Below, piece by piece: positions 1 to 16,500 of a DNA stretch of 64,000 nucleotides. Source of the stretch: Macrostomum lignano (lineage: Eukaryota); NCBI GenBank assembly GCA_002269645.1, contig NIVC01002697.1:1-64000 (forward strand), written 5' to 3'. The notes beneath the pieces are model-generated. The model saw nothing but the letters and a program-made list of their open reading frames with translations. It made no database searches and was not told the DNA's origin. The position numbers were made by a program, and so were the translations under genes. The first letter of the stretch is position 1. The number at the start of each line of letters is the position of its first letter.

Positions 1-2999
<2,999 letters not shown>

Positions 3000-3410
3000 T
3001 TATCCCAGGATTGCTCCCAGGCGAGGCTCCGGCAGGCCCCCGGTCCACACTCTGCAAGATCAGGGGGCGGGAGGCCGGCTGCGGGCTTGGGACACAGGCG
3101 CCAGGTCGAGTTGACAGCCGACGCCCGAGCCCTCCCCCACAAGAGCGGCCCTCGAGAACCCGTGTGGTACCAGTTGCAACTAAGGGCTGTCGATGGGTAG
3201 TTGGCGCTTAGCCAGCAGCCAACTACTTAGCAGCCACCTGCCCCGCAAAAAAGCAGCAGGGGGGATCCGTCCCCCACCAGCAGACCAAGACGAGGAAGCT
3301 AGCCGCTTCCACGCCAGGCCAGAACGAAAAGGAGGGGGAAGAGCCTCCTCGAAAAACGAAAAGCTGGCGGATGTCACAGAGTCCCTCGGTTTAAGTTGCC
3401 GTTTGCCCCC

Positions 3411-3472
3411 CCACTTACTTACTCACTTACTTACTTACTCACTTACTCACTTACTTACTTACTTACTTACTC

Positions 3473-3507
<35 letters not shown>
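3411..3507. repeat. (TTAC)n / (TAAG)n microsatellite with TCAC variants
   Basis: Read directly from sequence. Confidence 0.95.
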
Positions 3508-3769
3508 CAAATTTGAATTTAATTAAGTTAGAATTTAATTAAGTTAGAATTTCAAAAGTGCTGTCTTTCTGTGCCCCCTGCTCATTTTTATCGACGCTTG
3601 TGAGCTGTGCAAATTCTTATCAGAAAGTCTTAACCCCTTAACTTAGGTTGTCAAAGACAGTCGCTGTTATTCAGTATTTCAGTTTCAATTTTCTTTACTG
3701 CCGGGATACAGCTTATGACAAATGAAAAATAGGCTGTCTTTCTGTATTAAGCAAACATTCGTTCAATAG

Positions 3770-4580
3770 AGAGTCTCCCTAAAACTAATAAAGAATCTCC
3801 CTGAAACTAATAGAGAATCTCCCTGAAGCCAACAGAGAATCTCCCAAGCCAACAGAGAATCTCCCAAGCCAACAGAGAATCTCCCTGAAGCCAACAAAGA
3901 ATCTCCCTGAAACCAACAGAGAATCTCCCTGAAGCCAACAGAGAATCTCCCTGAAACCAACAGAGAATCTCCCTGAAGCCAACAGAGAATCTTCCTGAAG
4001 CCAACAGAGAATCTCGATCCCTGAAGCCAACAGAGAATCTTCCTGAAGCCAACAGAGAATCTCGATCCCTGAAGCCAACAGAGAATCTTCCTGAAGCCAA
4101 CAGAGAATCTCCCTGAAGCCAACAGAGAATCTCGATCCCTGAAGCCAACAGAGAATCTCGATCCCTGAAGCCAACAGAGAATCTTCCTGAAGCCAACAGA
4201 GAATCTCGATCCCTGAAGCCAACAGAGAATCTTCCTGAAGCCAACAGAGAATCTCGATCCCTGAAGCCAACAGAGAATCTTCCTGAAGCCAACAGAGAAT
4301 CTTCCTGAAGCCAACAGAGAATCTCGATCCCTGAAGCCAACAGAGAATCTTCCTGAAGCCAACAGAGAATCTCGATCCCTGAAGCCAACAGAGAATCTCG
4401 ATCCCTGAAGCCAACAGAGAATCTCCCTGAAGCCAACAGAGAATCTCCCTGAAGCCAACAGAGAATCTCCCTGAAGCCAACAGAGAATCTCCCTGAAGCC
4501 AACAGAGAATCTCCCTGAAGCCAACAGAGAATCTCCCTGAAGCCAACAGAGAATCTCCCTGAAGCCAACAGAGAATCTCA
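3770..4580. repeat. 22-bp minisatellite (GAATCTCCCTGAAGCCAACAGA) with 25-bp variants, ending about 14 bp before the myosin acceptor
   Basis: Direct periodicity; source of the spurious ORFs 3763-4641 and 3807-4568. Confidence 0.95.
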
Positions 4581-4594
4581 TCGCCCCACCGCAG

Positions 4595-7500
4595 GCGAGC
4601 ATCCGTGACCCGCAGCAGTACCGGTGCGGCAAGACCCGCATATTTTTCCGAGCTGGGCAAGTGGCCTACATGGAGAGGCTGCGCAGCCAGCGCCTGCACT
4701 GGGCCTGCGTCACCGTGCAGCGCCGCTACCGAGGCTGGGTGCAGCGGCGCCGCTACTCCAGAATTCGCCTGGCCGTGCTGCTCACTCAGGCACGGGCGCG
4801 CGGAGTTCTTGCGCGACGACGCGCCGCTACACTGCGTCGGGGCCGGGCCGCTCTGCGCCTGCAGACTTGGTGGCGCGGAGTGCGCGCCAGGCGCAGCTTC
4901 CAACGAGCGCGCGCCGCCGCCGTCACTCTGCAATCGGCTTGGCGCCGTCTGGCCGCTAGACGAAAATTTTTGGCGCTTCGCGCCGAACAAATGGTGCTGG
5001 ACTTGCAGCGCCTCATCCGGGGCTACCTGGTGAGAAGGCGCGTGGCGCGCCTGCTGCGCGGCATCACCCTGCTGCAAAGTCACTTCCGGCGGCGCCGAGC
5101 CAAGCGCCAGCTGCTGCAGCTGCGGGCGGAGGCGCGGGACGTTGCCAACCTGCGTAATAAAAATTTCGGCCTGGAGAACCGGCTGATCGAACTGCATCAA
5201 AGGCTGGACGCTCAGAATGCCGAGCTGGAGGCGGGGAAGGCCAAGCAGAGGCAGCTGGAAGTAAGCCTGCATTGCTGTTAGACAGGTCCTCATCTCTGTT
5301 AGACAGGTCCTCATCTCTGTTAGACAGGTCCTCATCTCTATCAGACAGGTCCTCATCTCTGTTAGACAGGTCCTCATCTCTGTTAGACAGGTCCTCATCT
5401 CTATCAGACAGGTCCTCATCTCTGTTAGACAGGTCCTCATCTCTGTTAGACAGGTCCTCATCTCTGTTCGACAGGTACTCATCTCTGTTAGACAGGTCCT
5501 CATCTCTGTCAGACAGGTCCTCATCTCTGTTCGACAGGTCCTCATCTCTGTTAGACAGGTCCTCATCTCTGTTAGACAGGTCCTCATCTCTGTTAGACAG
5601 GTCCTCATCTCTGTTAGACAGGTCCTCATCTCTTTTAGACAGGTCCTCATCTCTTATAGAAAGGTCCTCATCTCTGTTAGACAGGTCCTCATCTCTGTTA
5701 GACAGGTCCTCAACCAGTGTTGGGCAAGTTACTCAAAAAAAGTAACTTGCGTTACTGTAACTTACCAGGGTAAGTTACCAATTTTTAAAAAATAACTTAC
5801 GTTAGCCTAGTAACTTTAGACAAAAACCCGGTAACTTTTAAGTTACTGTCCGTTACTCACTTCCGTTACCCATGTTATTAACAAAATTTTCTGCTTTTTT
5901 CACATTGCACATTTTTTCACACTGTTGTTACCGAAATTTGCCATTGGGCATTGGGATTAACCGATTAACAGACAGAGACAGCAATTGGCGACACGATGTG
6001 AGGCAAGTAGAAGGACCAATGGGCAATGGCAATCAATAATTAAAATTATAAATGATAAAATAAACGAATATCAATAATTCAATAGAGTAAAATAAATATA
6101 ACTGTATAAAATGGTGTAGTGTACTGCAGTGCCAGCGGAGGGACTTGTGGAGGCTACAGATGAATTTCTTTCTTTGGTTGTTTGTTTGAATCAAACTTGA
6201 AAATTTTTAGTAACTTGAAAAATTGAAAATGAAAGGCAAAAATATTTTACTGAAATTATAACAAATCAAAACATGTTTCAAGTATTTCTTCATTAATTAA
6301 AGCGCAATACCAAATGATACTATTCACTTAATTTTGAATTTAGGAATGAAAAATGCAAAAACATGTGACAACCGGCGTAATAGCTAAGCATTTCAGTTTT
6401 AAATTTAAATATTGCGATTGTTGCAAAGTAACTGTAACGGACTTCTGAAATTTGAGTAACTTACCGTTACTCCGTTACTAAAAAAAAAAAGTAACTTGCG
6501 TAAGGAACGCTTTACGAAAAAGTAACTTGCGTTACCATTTGCAAGTTACTCGGTAACGGAAGTGCCCAACACTGTCCTCAACTCTGTCAGACAGGTCCTC
6601 ATCTCTGTTAGACAGGTCCTCATCTCTTTTAGACAGGTCCTCATCTCTGTTAGACAGGTCCTCATCTCTTATAGAAAGGTCCTCGTCTCTGTTAGACAAG
6701 TCCTCATCTCTGTTAGACAGGTCCTCATCTCTGTCAGACAGGTCCTCATCTCTGTTAGACAGGTCCTCATCTCTGTCAGACAGGTCCTCATCCCTGTTAG
6801 ACAGGTCCTCATCTCTTTTAAACAGGTCCTCATCTCTTATAGAAAGGTCCTCATCTCTGTTAGACAGGTCCTCATCTCTGTTAGACAGGTCCTCATCTCT
6901 TTTAGACAGGTCCTCATCTCTTTTAGACAGGTCCTCATCTCTGTTAGACAGGTCCTCATCTCTGTTAGACAGGTCCTCCTATCATAAACTAGCCTTCAGA
7001 GCTGAATCACCTGTCGCCGCTGTCCTTCAGGAACTGGAACGGCAGCTGGCTGAAGCGGCAGCTCGCGAGCAGCAGCTGGCCGCTGAACACCGCGAAGCCG
7101 AAGCCGCCGCTGAACGACTCCGACAAGCCAGCGCCGCCACAGTCGAGGAGGTCTCGGCCGCCCAGCAGGCCGCCCGCCAGCAGCTGGAGGCGTCCCTGAC
7201 CGTGGAGCGGGATCAGTACGAAGCCGAGCTGACCCGCCTGAGGGCGACTTGCGCGGAACAGGAGACTCGAATCGGCCAGCTGGAGGACCAGCTGCGCACC
7301 GCTCGGGACCGGATAGCCGAGGCCGAGGCCGATGGCGCCTCCTACATGAAGCTGATGGAGAATTATGATAAACTGCAAAACAGATACGATAATTTGTCCA
7401 GGCAGTACGCCTTTGTTGTGTCTCATCAACCCGAGGGTGAGTTTTTAGCGTCAAACTGCTGTTCTATTGGTTGGAGCTGGGTGAGAGGGTTTTCAGCCAT

Positions 7501-10500
7501 CAAGCTGCTCTCTAATTGGCTGGAGTTGGGGGAGAGAGTTTTCAGCCATCAAGCTGCTCTCCAATTGGCTGGAGTTGGGGGAGAGAGTTTTCAGCCATCA
7601 AGCTGCTCTCCAATTGGCTGGAGCTGTGGGAGAGGTTTTTCATCATCAAGCTGCTTTCCAATTGGCTGGAGCTGGGTGAGAGGGTTTTCAGCCATCAAGC
7701 TGCTCTCCGATTAGCTGGAGGTAGGAGAGAGAGAGAGAGTTTTCAGCCATCAAGCTGCTCTTTAATTGGTTTGGATGAAAAGCTATGGTTTCTAAGGTCC
7801 TAATTGTATCCGTCCAAGAGAAGAGTTTAAAAGCATTACTACAAAGTGATTTTCGTTATATATATTTGACTATACTCTTTGGGTATAAAACTGAGTAATA
7901 GAAAATCTACGATATCTTACTAATAGTAGACTACTTAAACCCCGAAAAACAGACGCGGCTCAAATGGACATCGACGACGGTGCCAGCGGCGCTGCAGACG
8001 GCGGTGGCAGCAGCAGCCAGGTTCTTCAGCGGCCGCGCTCCCGCACAGACGGTGGAGGCGCCGAGCGAGCTGCAGACGGGCCGGTGTCGCTGCTGCTGCA
8101 ACTGCAGAAGCGCCTGTCGGCCAGCGAGCAGGCCAGGCGAAATCTGCAGCGCCAGGTGGACAAGATGATCGAGCAGCAGGCTGCCAAGGGTCGCACCAGC
8201 CTGTCAAGTCAAAGAGTCGTTGAGCAGGGGTACATCAAGAAGCTTGAGCAGGTACTACTGATCTCTGATTGGCTGGCAGTGTTCTACTACATACTACTGA
8301 TATCTGATTGGCTGGCAGTATTATACTACGAGCGTACATCATAGCTGATCTTTGATTGGCTGGACGTCTTTTCCTATATCATAGCTGATCTCTGATTGGC
8401 TAGAAGTCTTTGCCCATATCACAGCTGATCTCTGATTGGCTGGAAGTCTTTGCCCATATCACAGCTGATCTCTGATTGGCTGGAAGTCTTTGCCTATATC
8501 ATAGCTGATCTCTGATTTGCTGAAAGTCTTTGCCTATATCATAGCTGATCTATGATTGGCTGGTAGTATTCTCCTACATCATAGCTGATCTTTGATTGGC
8601 TGGACGTCTTTTCCTATATCATAGCTGACCTCTGATTGGCTGAAAGTCTTTGCCTGTATCATAGCTGATCTCTGATTGGCTGGAAGTCTTTGTCTATCTC
8701 ATAGCTGATTTTTAATTGGCTGGAAGTCTTTGTCTATATCATAGCTGATCTTTAATTGGCTGGAAGTCTTTGCCTATATCATAGCTGATCTTTGATTGGC
8801 TTACAGTATTATCCTACGTGATACCTGATCTCTAATTGGCTGGTAGTCTTCTCCTACATCCTAGCTGATCTTTGATTGGCTGGAAATCTTTGCATATATC
8901 ATAGCGGATCTTTGATTGGCTGACAGTATTCTCCTACATAGCTCGTAACAGCTGATCTCTGATTGGCTGGAAGTCTTTGCCTACATTATTAATGCTTTTC
9001 GATTTGTCAATCGATTTACTTAACAAAAGCGTTTCGGAAAAATTCTCCAGGAGCTGAAGACGCTTCAATCAGCGGCCCTAAAAGGCGTGGGCGGCAAGGA
9101 GGCAGTGATGCAGCAGCTGGACAGCCTCCGCCAGGAGCTCGAGGTCCGCCGCGAGGAGTGCCTGCGGCTAAAGGCCGCCATCGGTGACCAGCTGGTCAGC
9201 GAGCGCTACGGCGGCAACTCAGAGCTGCTGAACGAGGACGGCGAGCTGGAGACGGCCTACCAAACTCTGCAGCAGGTGAATCGGCGACTGCAGAATGAGC
9301 TGGACGAGCTCATGGAGAAGCTGAACGGCAAGACTCGAATCATTGAGCAGCTGGAGAATGACAAGGGCCGGCAGCATAAACTGCTCACTCAGATGAACTC
9401 CCTGCTCAATTCGTCCGCTTTGGACAACGCTGAGTCCGTTGTGAAGTTTGAGCTCGCGAGAATTATGGAAGAGAATTTGGTGAGTCGGTTAGGTCTGCTT
9501 GACTCCTTCCCAGACATTCTACCACACCCCAGATCCTCAAAACACACATCCTCACCCACATCCTCAAACACTTTGTCACATCCTCAAACACCTTGTCACA
9601 TCCTCAAACACTTTGTCACATCCTCAAACACCTTGTCACATCCTCAAGCACCTTGTCACATCCTCAAACACTTTGTCACATCCTCAAACACTTTGTCACA
9701 TCCTCAACACCTTGTCACATCCTCAAACACCTTGTCACATCCTCAAACACTTTGTCACATCCTCAAGCACCTTGTCACATCCTCAAACACTTTTGTCACA
9801 TCCTCAAACACTTTGTCACATCCTCAGACACCCTGCCACATCCTCAGAGACCTTTTCACATCCTAGGACACCCTGTGATATCCTCAGACACTTTTGTCAC
9901 ATCCTCAAACACTTTGTCACATCCTCAAACACCTTGTCACATCCTCAAACACTTTGTCACATCCTCAAGCACCTTGTCACATCCTCAAACACTTTTGTCA
10001 CATCCTCAAACACTTTGTCACATCCTCAAACACCTTGTCACATCCTCAAACACTTTGTCACATCCTCAAGCACATTGTCACATCCTCAAACACTTTTGTC
10101 ACATCCTCAAACACTTTGTCACATCCTCAAACACTTTGTCACATCCTCAAGCACCTTGTCACATCCTCAAACACTTTTGTCACATCCTCAAACACTTTGT
10201 CACATCCTCAAACACCTTGTCACATCCTCAAACACTTTGTCACATCCTCAAGCACCTTGTCACATCCTCAAACACTTTTGTCACATCCTCAAACACTTTG
10301 TCACATCCTCAAACACCTTTTCACATCCTCAAACACTTTTGTCACATCCTCAAACACTTTGTCACATCCTCAAACACCTTGTCACATCCTCAAACACCTT
10401 GCCACACCCTCAGACACCCTGCCACATCCTCAGAGACCTTTTCACATCCTAGGACACCCTGTGATATCCTCAGACACCTTATCACACCCTCAGACACCCT

Positions 10501-13500
10501 GTTATATCCTCAGACACCTTACCACACCCTCAGACACCCTGCCACATCCTCAGACACCTTGTCACATCCTCAGACACCTCGTCACATCCTCAGACACCTT
10601 GTCACATCCTCAGACACCTCGTCACATCCTCAGGCACCCTGTCACATCCTCAGACACCCTGTCACATCCTCAGACACCCTGCCACATCCTCAGACACCCT
10701 GCCACATCCTCAGAGACCTTTTCACATCCTAGGACACCCTGTGATATCCTCAGACACCTTATCACACCCTCAGACACCCTGTTATATCCTCAGACACCTT
10801 ACCACACCCTCAGACACCCTGCCACATCCTCAGACACCTTGTCACATCCTCAGACACCTCGTCACATCCTCAGACACCTTGTCACATCCTCAGACACCTC
10901 GTCACATCCTCAGGCACCCTGTCACATCCTCAGACACCCTGTCACATCCTCAGACACCCTGCCACATCCTCAGACACCCTGCCACATCCTCAGAGACCTT
11001 TTCACATCCTAGGACACCCTGTGATATCCTCAGACACCTTATCACACCCTCAGACACCCTGTTATATTCTCAGACACCTTACCACACCCTCAGACACCCT
11101 GCCACATCCTCAGACACCTTGTCACATCCTCAGACACCTTGTCACATCCTCAGACACCTCGACACATCCTCAGGCACCCTGTCACATCCTCAGACACCCT
11201 GTCACATCCTCAGACACCCTGCCACATCCTCAGACAACCCACCACATCCTCAGGCAGCTTGCCACACCCTTCTTCCAACTCCAGGAGCTCCGCACGGAGA
11301 ACGAGCGCTTTGAATCGGAGAACAAGCGCCTGAGGCGCCACTCGGACCTGGCGCTCAACGAGACGGATCACCAGGCGCTGATCCCCGTGCCCAGCATAGA
11401 GAAGGCGGCGGAGCTCGCCAAATCGGTGCTGAAGCTAGAGGAGCCTGGCCACGCGCCCTACCTCATCTTCTGCGCAGTTCGCTGGTGCGACGCCAACAAG
11501 CAGGACAAGATTGTGGAGCACCTGCTGTCACAGACTGTTCAGGCCTGGCGGGAGCACTGCAAGGTATAATGCAATATTCAATGCTTTTGGGGTAGGCAGA
11601 ACTTTTGGGCTGTGGTTAAAATTTTCACATATCACATATTGCATTTTGCGAGCTAAACTATAGGAAAAATCAATCCAGATTTGACGTATCGATTTTTTAG
11701 ATTTGTCTATGGTCGAAACCATGGCTAACAGAGAGAATTGTCTTTGTCTATGTTTAAAAAGCTTCAACCATAGATGCAAAAATAACTAGATTTGTCACTT
11801 GCAATTGAAGTTGTAAAAAGTAGAACGTCTACTCTTTTTCAGTAGTTTGTCTGCTCAATGTTACTTATAATTAATGTGGCAGTAAAAATTTCCTTTCCTT
11901 CCTTTGTGGCCTCAGGAATATGGGTTAAGAATGAACAACAAGCATTTAACTCGATGTACACAAGTGAATGCAAGACAGACGAGACAGCCTAGTGGCCAGG
12001 CCCAATCTGGCTCAGCCAATGAGAGAGCAGTAAGGAGAGAGGTATAAGTCAGACGGACAAAACTCAGCCTAGGGGCAGGCCCAATCTGGCTTAGCCAATG
12101 AGAGAGCAGTAAGGAGAGAGGTCAAAGTCAGACGGACGAAGCTCAGCATAGGGGGCAGGCCCAATCTGGCTTAACCAATGAGAGAGCAGTAAAGAGAGTC
12201 AGACACAAGCGGGGAAGAGAAAAGCCAAATTGTGTTATCAGCTTGGTTGGTTGGGGAGCCAACTCATTTTCTCTCTTGCTAAGATAGAAATAAGAGATAT
12301 GGGAAACATCCTGCAAGTGGCATATCTAGGTTATTCTAGTATCTATAGGCCTAAGAAGTAACAAGATAGGATGTGGCCTTTTCCTTAGCAATACTTGGTT
12401 TTTTATTATCAATTGTAAATTAAATTTGACTTATTTTTCATCCTCGTGGACAACAGCAAGCCAAAGACCTCTCCGGCCAGTTGCTGGTGCTGTCCAGCTG
12501 TCACCGGCTGCTGAACCTTCTCCGTCAGTACGGCGGCATTGAGCAGTACTCAGCCGACAACACCGAGGAGGAGCGCGACCTTCAGCTGAACCGATTCGAT
12601 CTCGAAGACTTTCAGACGAGCTTCCACGAGCTGAGCGTGTGGTGCTACCAGCAGGTGTGCGTCGCCATGCAGCGGAGTCTGCCCTCACAGACCCTGGTGC
12701 TCGGCCTGCTGGAGTTTGACGCCATTCCTGGCCTGCCAAACGTCATGAAGAAGCGGCCGGACCAGGAGAAGTGCCGAGCCGCGTTTGAGACTATCAGCCA
12801 GCGCTGCTGCGAGCTCGTGCGCTGCGCTAGACAGGTGAGGCGCACCTGTTGCTTTTTAATGGAGACTGGGGGGCTGGGTGCCAAGGACTACTCAAGTAGA
12901 AGGACGGGAAACCTCGTTGCTTTGAAAATTTTAAAGGGCAGGTTTTTCCGAAAAAACGCACGGAGATAGGAAGTTTTCATTTTTCAGCACTAATATTGTT
13001 ATTGCTTTCGACAGGAGGCAGAATTGCATCTTTTGATATGTTGTGCCTTTTTTATGGCTCTATTCATATTTATAAAGCTTTTCATTTTGAAAATTAGGAC
13101 TCTACGTTAATTTTGGATTCTACGTACATTCGCTGTACCTAAAAATCATAAAAATGCATGACACAGCTCGGCTCATTGGTTTTTATAAATCTATTTTATC
13201 ATCTCTGTTACGACTGTTACACATATTGTTAGAAAGTCAGCTACGAATGATAGCTGAGGGACTATGCGCTCCTGTCACTCAGGAGAATGTTCAGGAGATG
13301 GTAGATGGGCAATAGTTTGAAGGAGAGAATCTCATCTGAAAGAGGCTGCTTATGGCCTTCAATGCTTATTTATGACTATTTTCAAGGGCTGCAAATTTTA
13401 CTGATGTTCCCTTTCGGCAAATATGTTTTATTTCATTTACAACAACAACAACAACATATACGACTCCGCATGCAAAGTCACAGTTAGAGCAGGGCAGAGA

Positions 13501-16500
13501 GCAGAGCTGGCGCGCCGCAGAGCCTGGGAGCGAACGAAGTCCGCTCCGTTTGCAGTGTCGGGCGCCCCAGCGTTTACGAATGCCAGTAAAACACTGGACC
13601 ATCCCGTCGAAAACGTTACCGTGACAAGAATCGCTGGAGTCATTGCAAACAGCTCAGTAGTGACTGAAATATTTTACAGTTGCTGTTTGCCTGGTCTCTC
13701 ACTCCTATGGCTCTGTGTCTACTTCAAATATCAACGTGAGAGCCAAATAACTGAGGCGGCGGATTCGACTGACTTTTCCTGATGATGCAAACACTCGATG
13801 GTTACTTGCAGACCGTTGTATTTGATGGTAACAATCTCAAGATGTTATATTGCAAAATATAATGTCTACAGATGGTATTCCAAATAAGAAGCTCTTTCCA
13901 TTCAAGTTATAATGGGTTCTGGTTGTTTGGGTGAACCGAAGGTTCAGTCTATTGTGGAGTAGGGGTTGTTTGTTAGTTTGGTTTCAGTGGGTCAATTTAT
14001 CAGTTTTGGTATTTGGGTTGGGGCCCTAACTGTTTCAATCAAAAGTAATTCTTGGATAGCTAACAGAAGCTAATAGAGACAAGAGCGAGACAGGCGAAAG
14101 TAGGACGAGCTTCTTGGTTGGTTAACATGGGTTTTTATAGTACTTTTTGGTCTCGATCGCATTGGATGGTACATAACTACTTTTCATTGGTTGATGCTGG
14201 GGTCGTGTCCTCAGCTTTTGCTAGTTGGAGCGCTTTCATTGGTTGATGCTGGGGTCGTGTCCTCAGCTTTTGCTAGTTGGAGCGCTTTCATTGGTTGATG
14301 CTGGGGTCGTGTCCTCAGCTTTTGCTAGTTGGAGCGCTTTCATTGGTTGATGTTGGGGTCGTGTCCTCAGCTTTTGCTAGTTGGAGCGCTTTCATTGGTT
14401 GATGCTGGGGTCGTGTCCTCAGCTTTTGCTAGTTGGAGCGCTTTCATTGGTTGATGCTGGGGTCGTGTCCTCAGCTTTTGCTAGTTGGAGCGCTTTCATT
14501 GGTTGATGCTGGGGTCGTGTCCTCAGCTTTTGCTAGTTGGAGGGCATTCATTGGTTGATGCTGGGGTCGTGTCCTCAGCTTTTGCTAGTTGGAGCGCTTT
14601 CATTGGTTGATGCTGGGGTCGTGTCCTCAGCTTTTGCTAGTTGGAGGGCATTCATTGGTTGATGCTGGGGTCGTGTCCTCAGCTTTTGCTAGTTGGAGCG
14701 CTTTCATTGGTTGATGCTGGGGTCGTGTCCTCAGCTTTTGCTAGTTGGAGCGCTTTCATTGGTTGATGCTGGGGTCGTGTCCTCAGCTTTTGCTAGTTGG
14801 AGCGCTTTCATTGGTTGATGCTGGGGTCGTGTCCTCAGCTTTTGCTAGTTGGAGCGCTTTCATTGGTTGATGCTGGGGTCGTGTCCTCAGCTTTTGCTAG
14901 TTGGAGGGCATTCATTGGTTGAAAAATACATTCAATCTGGATGGGAACTTTTAAGGCCAAAATGTATCACTTCATGACTCTAACGACTTTGGGGCGACTC
15001 TCGTGAGTTTTTAACGACTCGAACGACTGCAATGCGACGGAAAGGCAACTGTTGAGTCACTAGGGCATCACGTGACTTGCAGAATGGTTTAAAAGAATCG
15101 CGAAAAAGTCTCCCAAGAGTAGTTGTGTTAGCGCTTAACTTTCTACTGACTCCAGTAGACTAAACAGAGTTGTTAAAAATCTGAAATGCGATTCTGATTC
15201 ATAAAGTGACGCAGATGCGCTTTAGACGCAACTCAGCGACTCCAGCACGCCTCAGATACGGCTCTACGGCCCCAGAGTAATTAAAGAAACGCAGACAAAC
15301 GCCTTAAGCAACTCTTTGACGACTTTTTAGGCGACCTTTACCGTGACATCTCGTCGTTTTAGAGTCGTCTGGAGTCAATTCTTTCCTATTTTACCTGTGT
15401 TACCTGCAACCACTCTGTGGCGATGCAAGCGACTCTGGGACGCTTCTTGGCCTGGGTACCGTTCTCATTGGGGCATTGGCAGCTGCCCGGTGCAGGTCTC
15501 TGATCTCTGTGCTCACCAGAGAATCTCTGCTATTGCGCAATTTCAGGCCGGACTGCCGGACGAGGCCCTCGCCCAGCTGGTTGAGCAAACTTTGCGCTGG
15601 CTGTGCGGCCACTGCTTCAATCAGCTGATGCTGCGGCGGGAGCTGTGCCATTGGTCCCGGGGTATGCAGCTGCGCTACTGCCTGTCGCAGCTGGAGTCCG
15701 CCCTGCGAGAGCTGGACGTCTCCGCTGCGCTGACCGCCTTGGAGCCGCTGGTCCAGGTAATAAATCCGCCCTCTACCGTGTGCACAGCTTCGCTCCTTAC
15801 ACTACAAAATCCGCCCTCTACCGTGTGCACAGCTTCGCTCCGTACACTACAAAATCCGCCCTCTACCGTGTGCACAGCTTCGCTCCTTACACTACAAAAT
15901 CCGCCCTCTACCGTGTGCACAGCTTCGCTCCTTACACTACAAAATCCGCCCTCTACCGTGTGCACAGCTTCGCTCCTTACACTACAAAATCCGCCCTCTA
16001 CCGTGTGCACAGCTTCGCTCCTTACACTACAAAATCCGCCCTCTACCGTGTGCACAGCTTCGCTCCTTACACTACAAAATCCGCCCCCCAATCCAGCTTT
16101 AACTTACAAAATCCGCCCCCCAATCCAGCTTTAACTTACAAAATCCGCCCCCCAATCCAGCTTTAACTTACAAAATCCGCCCCCCAATCCAGCTTTAACT
16201 TACAAAATCCGCCCTCAATCCGGCTTCATCTTACAAAATCAGCCCCCTCCAAATCCGGCTTCATCTTACAAAATCCGCCCCCAATCCGACTTTATCTTAC
16301 AAAATCCGCCCCCAATCCGGCTTCATCTTACAAAATCCGCCCCCTCCAAATCCGGCTTCATCTTACAAAATCCGCCCCCTCCAAATCCGGCTTCATCTTA
16401 CAAAATCCGCCCCCTCCAAATCCGGCTTCATCTTACAAAATCCGCCCCCCCAATCCGGCTTTATCCTACAAAATCCGCCCTCAATCCGGCTTCATCTTAC

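Noticed and set aside
6997-7030. Upstream alternative acceptor for the second myosin exon in the window
   Set aside because: The AG at 6998-6999 is out of phase with the preceding phase-0 donor, whereas 7031 preserves the frame.
14180-14921. Regular arrays resembling CRISPR (also 40820-41101 and 24160-24390)
   Set aside because: They are head-to-tail repeats without unique spacers, there are no cas genes, and the context is eukaryotic.
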